From: Arcobacteraceae bacterium
GTDB lineage: Bacteria; Campylobacterota; Campylobacteria; Campylobacterales; Arcobacteraceae
Reading direction: 5' to 3'
DNA length: 64,000 bases
Assembly: GCA_963662945.1 (NCBI GenBank)
Contig: OY759974.1
Location: 1-64,000 of the forward strand
A program made the position numbers and the translations under genes. Positions 52,811-60,913 of the stretch are shown here, piece after piece (position 1 is the stretch's first letter; every line of letters starts with the position of its first letter). Below the pieces are notes generated by a model, which saw nothing but the letters and a program-made list of their open reading frames with translations, made no database searches and had not been told where the DNA came from.

Positions 52811-53621
52811 TTGCTAAAAATCCTTTAAAATCTTCTAAAAAATATATCAGTCTATGGCTTGCAATTCCAGCATAATGTTTATCAATCATATAAATGTTAT
52901 TTGTTTTAGTAGCATTTATAGGTAATTTTAGCCAAGGGTTGATAAGTTGTTCACAAGTGAGATGTTTATCTTCTCTAAAAGGGGCAAGAAGTATCACTAT
53001 ATCTGGATTGGTTGCTATGATATTTTCCATATTTAAAATAGGTTGACCAACTCTATTACTTTTAAAAGCATTTGTATTTCCACTTTGATTGATAATATCA
53101 TCAAAATAGAGATTTTGACCAGCTACAAAAATCCGTTTTTCTAACGATACATTATGACCAATCACCATAAGTATTTTCTGATTTTTTATAATGTTTTGTA
53201 TCTCTTGTAGTTTTGTGTTTAAAGTATTTAAAATCTCTTGTGCTTTTTGTTGCTTATTGAGAATTTCACCAATGGTTTGTATACTTTTTTTAATATCTTC
53301 TAAGGTCTTCAAACTTAAAACTTGTGTAGAGATTCCTAGTTGTTGTAGTTTGTGTGATAGTTCAAGACTACTTTGTTGCATTATCACCATATCAGGTTTC
53401 AAACTTAAAATTTTTTCTAAAGAGGGAGAAAAATATCCCCCAACTTTTGGTTTTGATTGTGCATTTTGAGGAAAAGTACAATGAGTAGTATTCCCCACAA
53501 TTTTATCTCCACTTTCTAATGCATAAATAATCTCATTGATAGATGGACTTAAAGCTATGATTCTCTCATAAGAGAATAGATTAGTAACTAATACAAAGAG
53601 AATAAGAAACTTTAATTGCAT
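52785..53621 (-). CDS. Periplasmic binding protein (BtuF-like)
   Basis: RIIALSPS..E, PSLEKILSLKPD, NPD; probable ATG at 53621. Confidence 0.9.
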   Translation of the reverse strand: MQLKFLILFVLVTNLFSYERIIALSPSINEIIYALESGDKIVGNTTHCTFPQNAQSKPKVGGYFSPSLEKILSLKPDMVIMQQSSLELSHKLQQLGISTQVLSLKTLEDIKKSIQTIGEILNKQQKAQEILNTLNTKLQEIQNIIKNQKILMVIGHNVSLEKRIFVAGQNLYFDDIINQSGNTNAFKSNRVGQPILNMENIIATNPDIVILLAPFREDKHLTCEQLINPWLKLPINATKTNNIYMIDKHYAGIASHRLIYFLEDFKGFLANARDKKLQ

Positions 53622-53974
53622 GATGCAGCTTTGTAGCAATCTTCAACTTTATAAATCCAAGTCATCGTTTTATTGTCATGAAGTTTATAGTTTGATGCCA
53701 TTTTATGAACACTTTGAGCATCAATAAGATAAAACCATCCATATTTCCCTTTTTGTGATAATTTCCCATTAATTGAACGAACAAAGTTGTATTTACCTGT
53801 TTTTGAAGTTTCTATTGTAGCAACTCTATCAAGAATACTTAAAGCAGTTTCACCATTTTCATAGGTTGTTTTCACAACTGTATCTGCTCTATTATCATCA
53901 TAAACGATAGTCACTGTTAACTCATTTGCAAATATATTAAGTACTAAAAAAGCGATAAGAAGAAACTGTTTCAT
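53612..53974 (-). CDS. Exported DUF4430/transcobalamin-C-terminal-like protein
   Basis: Signal peptide, TALSIL, FVRSING, GWFYLID, A.NY.L...WIY. Confidence 0.75.
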   Translation of the reverse strand: MKQFLLIAFLVLNIFANELTVTIVYDDNRADTVVKTTYENGETALSILDRVATIETSKTGKYNFVRSINGKLSQKGKYGWFYLIDAQSVHKMASNYKLHDNKTMTWIYKVEDCYKAASCN

Positions 53975-55782
53975 TAGAAGCTAACCTTTATACCTGCATA
54001 ATATGCTCTTGGACTTGTAGCATATCCATTGACTGTTTGATAATATTTATTGGTAATATTATCACATTTCCCATAAAGTTTTAAATTCTTAGTTAAATCA
54101 TAGTTTATAACAAAGTTCATAACTGTATATCTACCAGTTTGAGCACTTACTGTATGTGTACCATAAGTATATTCAACTCTTTCCCCTACATACTCTCCAT
54201 TTAATCCAAAATGTAGTTTAGTAACTCCATAATAATCAACACCAAATTTTAAATTTTCTTTTGGAACTCTTTGCAGTTGATATCCATCATTATCTATTGC
54301 TTTATTTCTTGTATAATTAAGATTTAGTAGTGTATTTGCTAAGATATTTTTTTGATATGCTATTTCATATCCTTTTAGTCGTGTTGTCCCATCTAGATTA
54401 CCATATTTTGAAATACCGCTATCATAATCAATCATATCTTTTACTTTATTATAAAAGTAAGTAATCTGTAAATCTTTATATTCTACTGAGATATCATACG
54501 ATTGTGTTGTTTCTGGTTTTAAATTTTCATTTCCATAAGTAGAATAAAGATTGTAAAGTGTCGGTACATTATAAGCTGTCCCAGCGTTTGTACTCAAAGA
54601 TAAATCTTCATTAAAATTATGTTTTAATCCAATTTTTCCAGTTGTTTTATTATCAAATTTATTGTAATGATCAACTCTTACAGATTCAGTAAGGATTGTG
54701 TTATTTATTTTATTGTTGTTTGTTACAAATACAGCTTTGTTATTGTACTTTTGATTTATAGTATTTGTGTGTTCAAAATCTTTATAATCAGTTCCAACTA
54801 TCACAAATGAACTTTCATTTAAATAGGAGAAATTTGTTCTAACACCATATTCATTTACTTTCCCATCAAACTCTGAAATAGTACCGTTTGCATTGTTTTC
54901 TCTATCAAAAACTGATTTATTGTATTGTACAATTGTTGTAGATATTGCATTTTTGTTTTCATAAGTGATGTTACTAAAGCTATCATCTGTAAGCATTTCA
55001 TAACCATTTTGCAGTGTTACAGATTTATCATATTCACTTCTTGCATCTATTTTTGTATGAGAGATATCAAATTTATTATTATCATCTATATTTACACCAG
55101 CTTTGATACTTGATGTTGTATTTTCATATTTGTCATCTTCATAACTATTTATATCATTACCTTTAGTAGCTCGTGATGTAAAGCCATCTGTTTTTAGCTT
55201 TTGTGAATTGAGTTTCAGATAGTAGTTATTCGTTTTATAGGAAGCAGTTGCTCCATATTTTCTCGTATTGAAGCTTCCAAACTCTGCATCAATTTCTCCA
55301 GAAAGACCTTTTGGTGGTGTTTTTGTTATGATATTAATCACCCCAGCACTAGCATCTGCACCCCAAATACCACTTTGAGCACCTTTGATAATCTCTATTT
55401 TTGATATATCTGTTACCATTAAATGTTCAAATGGTGCACCATTAAGACCTGTAATATCATTGTATCTTATACCATCAATAAGTACTAAAACTCGCTTACT
55501 ATCAAAACCTCTAAGTCTCACTGAAGTTGTGCTTCCAGGTCCTCCATTTGCTGTAAAACTTATACCACTAATAAGGTTTAAAGCATCACTTACATTTGTA
55601 ATATGTTTTTCTTCTAGTTCTGTTGCTGTAATCACATCAATATTTGATGTTACATCTTTGATTGATTGTTCCGATTTAGTAGCACTTGAAACTGTTATTG
55701 TTCCTAAGTCTTCATTTGCATTTATTATTGTAGCCGTACAAAATAAACTAGCCACTAGGCTTAGTTTTATTGTTTTTGTCAT
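53974..55782 (-). CDS. TonB-dependent receptor (BtuB-like)
   Basis: ITVSS TonB box, LRG..VLVLIDG, IEIIKG, GVINIITK, terminal Phe; heads the corrinoid operon. Confidence 0.92.
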   Translation of the reverse strand: MTKTIKLSLVASLFCTATIINANEDLGTITVSSATKSEQSIKDVTSNIDVITATELEEKHITNVSDALNLISGISFTANGGPGSTTSVRLRGFDSKRVLVLIDGIRYNDITGLNGAPFEHLMVTDISKIEIIKGAQSGIWGADASAGVINIITKTPPKGLSGEIDAEFGSFNTRKYGATASYKTNNYYLKLNSQKLKTDGFTSRATKGNDINSYEDDKYENTTSSIKAGVNIDDNNKFDISHTKIDARSEYDKSVTLQNGYEMLTDDSFSNITYENKNAISTTIVQYNKSVFDRENNANGTISEFDGKVNEYGVRTNFSYLNESSFVIVGTDYKDFEHTNTINQKYNNKAVFVTNNNKINNTILTESVRVDHYNKFDNKTTGKIGLKHNFNEDLSLSTNAGTAYNVPTLYNLYSTYGNENLKPETTQSYDISVEYKDLQITYFYNKVKDMIDYDSGISKYGNLDGTTRLKGYEIAYQKNILANTLLNLNYTRNKAIDNDGYQLQRVPKENLKFGVDYYGVTKLHFGLNGEYVGERVEYTYGTHTVSAQTGRYTVMNFVINYDLTKNLKLYGKCDNITNKYYQTVNGYATSPRAYYAGIKVSF

Positions 55783-55816
55783 TATTTTCCCTTAAAATTT
55801 TAATTGTGAATATTTG

Positions 55817-55987
55817 TTAATAATTAAAAGTTAAAAAGGGAGGAGAGGTTTTATATTCCTGATATTCAAAGGCTTTAAGATGGTATTGTTGATTTGCATC
55901 GATTGTACATAGTTTGTACATTGTAGAATACATAGCAATAATTGCTAAACTAAAGTATCGTTTACCATAACCTCTTAAGTGTTTCAT
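55817..55987 (-). CDS. Putative 56-aa leader ORF upstream of the TonB-dependent receptor
   Basis: ATG 55987 lies 7 nt after TAAAAT; ends YKTSPPFLTFNY 34 nt before the receptor start. Confidence 0.45.
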   Translation of the reverse strand: MKHLRGYGKRYFSLAIIAMYSTMYKLCTIDANQQYHLKAFEYQEYKTSPPFLTFNY

Positions 55988-56035
55988 AACGCGGATTTTA
56001 CCCAATAGTTACTTATTTTTAGGTATAATCTCATT

Positions 56036-56881
56036 ATGATAAACGAACACATACAATTAGGTGAGATGAACACCCTAAAAATCAACAGAATAACAGAACC
56101 AGGTATTTACTTAGAAGCCTTAGATGAAGAGGTGGTACTTTTACCAAATGCTTATATTACTCCTTCTATGCAAGTAGATGATGAGCTAGAAGTTTTTATA
56201 TATACAGATAGTGAAGATAGATTAGTTGCAACAACACAAATGCCTTATGGTATGAAAAATCAATTTATGTTTACAAAAGTTGTAGATACAACTAATTTTG
56301 GGGCTTTTGTAGACTGGGGATTACAAAAAGATTTATTTGTACCTAAAAATAGACAAAAAACACCTTTTAGAGTAGGGGAATCACGAATTGTTAGAATTGT
56401 AGAAGATGAAGAAACTTCAAGACTTATTGGTGTAGAAAAAATCACTTCTTATTTAAGCAATGAAACACAAAATCTAGCAAAAAATCAAGAAGTAGAAATA
56501 CTCCTTTTTGCTAAAACACCGATGGGATATAAAGTAATCATCAATGATACTTATGAAGGTATGATATATAAGAATGAAATCTTTAGTGATGTAAATGTGG
56601 GTGAAAAACTTAAAGCGTATATCAAAAATATAAGAGATGATAAAAAAGTAGATGTATCACTGCAACCAATTGGGAAAAACAATGCAGATGATATTAATAC
56701 AAAAAAAGTATTAGATGTATTAGAGCAAAATTTCAATGACTTACCATATAATTACAAAACAGATGCAGATACTATCAAAGAGCTTTTTGGTATCAGTAAA
56801 AAAGCTTATAAAAGAGCTTTAACAAAACTTGTAGAAGACAATATTATAAAGCTAGATGATGAGGGTATGAGTAAGATTTAA
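56036..56881 (+). CDS. CvfB/YitL-family S1 RNA-binding protein
   Basis: VFIYTDSEDR, GAFVDWGLQKDLFVP, FGISKKAYKRAL. Confidence 0.92.
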   Translation: MINEHIQLGEMNTLKINRITEPGIYLEALDEEVVLLPNAYITPSMQVDDELEVFIYTDSEDRLVATTQMPYGMKNQFMFTKVVDTTNFGAFVDWGLQKDLFVPKNRQKTPFRVGESRIVRIVEDEETSRLIGVEKITSYLSNETQNLAKNQEVEILLFAKTPMGYKVIINDTYEGMIYKNEIFSDVNVGEKLKAYIKNIRDDKKVDVSLQPIGKNNADDINTKKVLDVLEQNFNDLPYNYKTDADTIKELFGISKKAYKRALTKLVEDNIIKLDDEGMSKI

Positions 56882-56911
56882 TTAAGTAGAGAAAAATACG
56901 AGGAAAAATAA

Positions 56912-58468
56912 ATGAATAATAAACTAAATTTAGAAACACTAGAAAAATGGCTTTGGGATAGTGCCAACATATTAAGAGGGCATATAGACTCAAGCGATTT
57001 TAAAAACTATATTTTTGGTTTAATGTTTTTAAAAAGAGCTAGCGACCAATTTTTTGAAGAAGCAAAAATAGCTGTTGAAAAAGAGGGAATTGATTTAGAA
57101 GAAGCCATTGAGGACGAAGATTATCATAGATTTTTTATTCCTAAAACTGCATGGTGGAGTGAAATTGCCAAAAAAACTGAAAATATTGGTCAAGCCATAG
57201 ACCAAGCTTTTTCTTCAATAGAAGAATATAACTCTTCTTTAGAGGGAGTTATGACAGCTGTTCATTTTGGAGATAGTGAGAAACTTCCTGATAGTTTATT
57301 ATCAAGACTTTTACAACACTTCAATAAATATTCTTTAGCAAATAGCGACCTTGAAAATCCTGATATTTTAGGAAACTCTTATGAGTATTTGATAAGACAA
57401 TTTGCCGACGATAGTGGAAAAAAAGGTGGAGAGTTCTATACTCCAAAAGAGGTTGTTCAACTACTTGTGCAACTTATTAAGCCAGAAGCTGGAAATAGTA
57501 TCTACGACCCAACTTGTGGTTCAGGTGGAATGTTAATCGAATCAGCTCACTATATCGCAAAAAATGGTGGAATGTTGGGTGAATATGTAAACTGTACACT
57601 AAAAGGTCAAGAAAAAAATCTAGGAACTTGGGCTGTTTGTAAAATCAATATGATAGTTCATAACTTCAAAGATAGCGATATAAGAAAGGGCGATACTTTA
57701 GGAAGCCCAAAACATATCATAAATGGAGAACTTGAAACTTTTGATAGGGTTATTGCTAATCCTCCATTTTCACTTTCAAACTGGTGGGAATCAGCAGAAG
57801 TTGATATAAAAAATGACGCAAAAGGTAAACCTATAACTCCTAAATACAACGATTTAGTATCAGACGAATATGGAAGATTTAAGTATGGTATTCCTCCAAG
57901 AAGTTATGGGGATTTAGCATTTTTACAACACATGTTAAGTGTACTAAAACAAAATGGAAAAATGGGAATAGTTTTACCCCATGGAGTTTTATTTAGGGGC
58001 TCAAGTGAGGGGAAAATCAGAGAGGCACTTTTAAAAGAAGATTTAATAGAAGCTATTATTGGACTTCCTGAAAAACTATTTTACAATACAGGAATCCCTG
58101 CAAGTATCATAATCATAAATAAATCTAAACCACAAAATCTAAAAAACAAAGTTATCATAATAGACGCTTCAAAAGAGTATAAAGAGGGTAAAAATCAAAA
58201 TACTCTAAACCCTGAAAGTATTGAAAAAACAGTAATTGCTTATGAATCTATGCAAGATATAGAAAAGTTTATGAGAATCGTTGATTTAGAAGAAATCAAA
58301 GAAAACGAATACAATCTAAATATAGCAAGATATATAGATACAAGTAGCGAAGAAGTGATAATAAATATCGAAAATGTAATAAATAAAATAGCCCATATTG
58401 AAGAGAAAGAAAAAGAGATTGATTCTAAGTTAAATGAATATTTAAGAACTTTAGGGTTTGTGTTATGA
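56912..58468 (+). CDS. hsdM: Type I R-M methyltransferase (N6-adenine)
   Basis: GEFYTP, YDPTCGSGGML, ANPPF, PHGVLFRG, YNLNI. Confidence 0.97.
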   Translation: MNNKLNLETLEKWLWDSANILRGHIDSSDFKNYIFGLMFLKRASDQFFEEAKIAVEKEGIDLEEAIEDEDYHRFFIPKTAWWSEIAKKTENIGQAIDQAFSSIEEYNSSLEGVMTAVHFGDSEKLPDSLLSRLLQHFNKYSLANSDLENPDILGNSYEYLIRQFADDSGKKGGEFYTPKEVVQLLVQLIKPEAGNSIYDPTCGSGGMLIESAHYIAKNGGMLGEYVNCTLKGQEKNLGTWAVCKINMIVHNFKDSDIRKGDTLGSPKHIINGELETFDRVIANPPFSLSNWWESAEVDIKNDAKGKPITPKYNDLVSDEYGRFKYGIPPRSYGDLAFLQHMLSVLKQNGKMGIVLPHGVLFRGSSEGKIREALLKEDLIEAIIGLPEKLFYNTGIPASIIIINKSKPQNLKNKVIIIDASKEYKEGKNQNTLNPESIEKTVIAYESMQDIEKFMRIVDLEEIKENEYNLNIARYIDTSSEEVIINIENVINKIAHIEEKEKEIDSKLNEYLRTLGFVL

Positions 58469-59721
58469 GTAATTTGCCTAAAGGTTGGGAATTAGTTACT
58501 TTAGAATCAGTAACTAATAAAATGCAATCGGGTGGTACCCCTAAATCTACGAATGAAGATTTTTATAATGGTAAAATCCCTTTTGTTAAAATAGAAGATA
58601 TAACTTCTTGTAAAAAATTTTTAACAAAAACAAAAATAACAATTAATGAAGAAGGATTAAAAAATAGTAGTGCATGGCTAGTACCAAAAGATTCTATTTT
58701 ATACTCAATGTATGCTTCTTTAGGATTTTTAGCAATCAATAAAATACCTGTTTCTACAAATCAAGCTATTATGAATATTATTCCAAATTCTGAAAAAATT
58801 GATTTAGAATACTTATATCAATTTTTATTAGATTTAAAAAATAAAATTGACAAATTTATCGACCAAACAACTCAAAAAAATTTAAATGCTCAAAAAGTTA
58901 AGAATTTTCTTATTCCTCTTCCACCCCTTGAAGAACAAAAGAAAATCGCTGATATTTTAAGTACAGTTGATAAAAAAATAGCTTTTGTAGAAGAAAATAT
59001 AAATGCAACAGAAGAGCTAAAAAAAGGTTTAATGCAAAAACTTCTCACAGAGGGAATCTGTCATACAGAGTTTAAAGATAGCGAACTTGGTAGAATTCCT
59101 GAAAGTTGGGAGGTTGTACCATTTATTGAATTAGCAGATAAAAATATTAAGCATTCTTTTACAGGAGGACCTTTTGGCTCTGATTTAAAAAGTGAACATT
59201 ATACAGATATTGGAGTTAGAGTTATTCAACTTCAAAATATTGGTGACGGTTATTTTATAAATAATGATTTTGTATATGTTTCTGAAGAAAAAGCTGAATC
59301 ATTAAAATCTTGCCAAATTTACCCAAACGATATAATACTTGCAAAAATGGCTGAACCTGTTGCCAGAGCTTGTTTAATTCCTGATATTGAAAGCAAATAT
59401 ATTATGTGTTCAGACGGTATTCGTTTAAAAGTAGATAATTCAAAATTTAATACAGAATTTATTTTTTATTCAATTAATTATGATAATTTTAGAAAAATTG
59501 CAGTGGCAAGAAGTACGGGAACAACGAGATTAAGAATTGGTTTAAGTGCTTTAAAATCTATACCAATAGTTATTCCTCCACTTGAAGAACAAAAACAAAT
59601 AGCAGAAATTCTTTCAACAGTTGATAATAAATTAGAAAATTTAAAAGAAAAAAAACAATCTTTTGAAAATCTAAAAAAAGGTTTAATGCAAAAACTACTT
59701 ACTGGAGAGGTTAGGGTTTAA
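58465..59721 (+). CDS. hsdS: Type I R-M specificity subunit
   Basis: Two TRDs, each followed by PPLEEQK.IA.ILSTVD and LKKGLMQKLLT. Confidence 0.96.
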   Translation: MSNLPKGWELVTLESVTNKMQSGGTPKSTNEDFYNGKIPFVKIEDITSCKKFLTKTKITINEEGLKNSSAWLVPKDSILYSMYASLGFLAINKIPVSTNQAIMNIIPNSEKIDLEYLYQFLLDLKNKIDKFIDQTTQKNLNAQKVKNFLIPLPPLEEQKKIADILSTVDKKIAFVEENINATEELKKGLMQKLLTEGICHTEFKDSELGRIPESWEVVPFIELADKNIKHSFTGGPFGSDLKSEHYTDIGVRVIQLQNIGDGYFINNDFVYVSEEKAESLKSCQIYPNDIILAKMAEPVARACLIPDIESKYIMCSDGIRLKVDNSKFNTEFIFYSINYDNFRKIAVARSTGTTRLRIGLSALKSIPIVIPPLEEQKQIAEILSTVDNKLENLKEKKQSFENLKKGLMQKLLTGEVRV

Positions 59722-59722
59722 T

Positions 59723-60790
59723 ATGGAGTTTATACCAAACAACTTACCCCTTGATATAGATATTGAAACAAAAGCTATACTAAAAAAATCAATTTTGGCA
59801 AATAAAGCACTTGCAAAACTTAATGGTGTAGCTAAAATCATACCTAATCAGGCTATTTTGATAAACTCTTTGATTTTACAAGAAGCAAAAGATAGTTCTG
59901 AAATTGAGAATATCATAACTACCCATGACGAACTATATCAATCAAGTTTGGATATTTCAAATATTTCTCACGCCACAAAAGAAGTACAAAGTTATAGCAG
60001 AGCCTTATTAAAAGGTTTTGATTTGGTTAAAGAGACTTCTTTACTTCTAACTCGGCATATTGTAGATATTCAACAAGAACTAGAGGGAAATGTTGCAGGT
60101 ATTAGAAAACAAGCTGGAACAGTTCTAAAAAATCTCGCATCTGGTGAAGTGATTCATACTCCACCACAAGAAGAATCAACTATAAGAAAACTTCTTGATA
60201 ATCTTGAACAGTATATAAATACAAATGACGGAATAGACCCACTTATTAAAATGGCAATTATTCATTATCAATTTGAAACTATTCACCCATTTTATGACGG
60301 TAATGGAAGAACTGGAAGAATTATAAATATTTTGTATTTGGTTTTAAATGAGCTTTTAGATTTACCAATTTTGTATTTAAGTAGTTATATTATCAAACAT
60401 AAAGCTGATTATTACAGACTCTTACAAGAGGTGAGAACCAAAGGAAGTTGGGAAGAGTGGATTATTTATATGCTTGAGGGAATTGAACAAACAGCGACTA
60501 AACAAGTTCAATTAATCAATGATATAAAAGAGTTAATGGATAACACAAAAGAAAAACTAAAATCTGAACTTCCAAAGATTTACTCAAAAGACCTTTTAGA
60601 AGTATTGTTCATTCACCCTTATACAAAAATTGATATGTTGGTGGATAATTTGGAACTTCATAGAGATACCGCAAGTAAGCATTTAAAATCTATGGAAAAA
60701 ATTGGTATTTTAAATAGTGTACAAATTAAAAACAGTAAATTTTATGTAAATGTAAAACTTTTTGAACTTCTTCAAAAAGGTTTTTTATAA
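59723..60790 (+). CDS. Fic-family adenylyltransferase (Fic_N + Fic + C-terminal HTH)
   Basis: SSEIEN inhibitory motif, HPFYDGNGRTGR, RDTASKHL..M..IGIL HTH-like tail. Confidence 0.94.
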   Translation: MEFIPNNLPLDIDIETKAILKKSILANKALAKLNGVAKIIPNQAILINSLILQEAKDSSEIENIITTHDELYQSSLDISNISHATKEVQSYSRALLKGFDLVKETSLLLTRHIVDIQQELEGNVAGIRKQAGTVLKNLASGEVIHTPPQEESTIRKLLDNLEQYINTNDGIDPLIKMAIIHYQFETIHPFYDGNGRTGRIINILYLVLNELLDLPILYLSSYIIKHKADYYRLLQEVRTKGSWEEWIIYMLEGIEQTATKQVQLINDIKELMDNTKEKLKSELPKIYSKDLLEVLFIHPYTKIDMLVDNLELHRDTASKHLKSMEKIGILNSVQIKNSKFYVNVKLFELLQKGFL

Positions 60791-60888
60791 AAGCTATGCT
60801 GAAAAAATGCAAAAATTTCGACATAGATTAAAAGCTATGCTGAAAAAATGCAAAAAAACCGACATAGGTTGAAAGCTATGTTGAAAAA
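60790..60888. repeat. 41-bp tandem repeat (about 2.4 copies) with internal inverted repeat
   Basis: AAAGCTATGCTGAAAAAATGCAAAAA..CGACATAG.TT. starting at 60790, 60831 and (partial) 60872. Confidence 0.9.
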
Positions 60889-60913
60889 TAAAATAATTTA
60901 CGAAGGATAAAAT

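Noticed and set aside
58915-59705. Repeats in hsdS as a shufflon or phase-variation system
   Set aside because: These are the normal duplicated conserved regions; no silent hsdS copy, inverted repeats or recombinase in the window.
60790-60888. CRISPR mini-array
   Set aside because: Contiguous tandem units with no unique spacers and no cas genes in the window.
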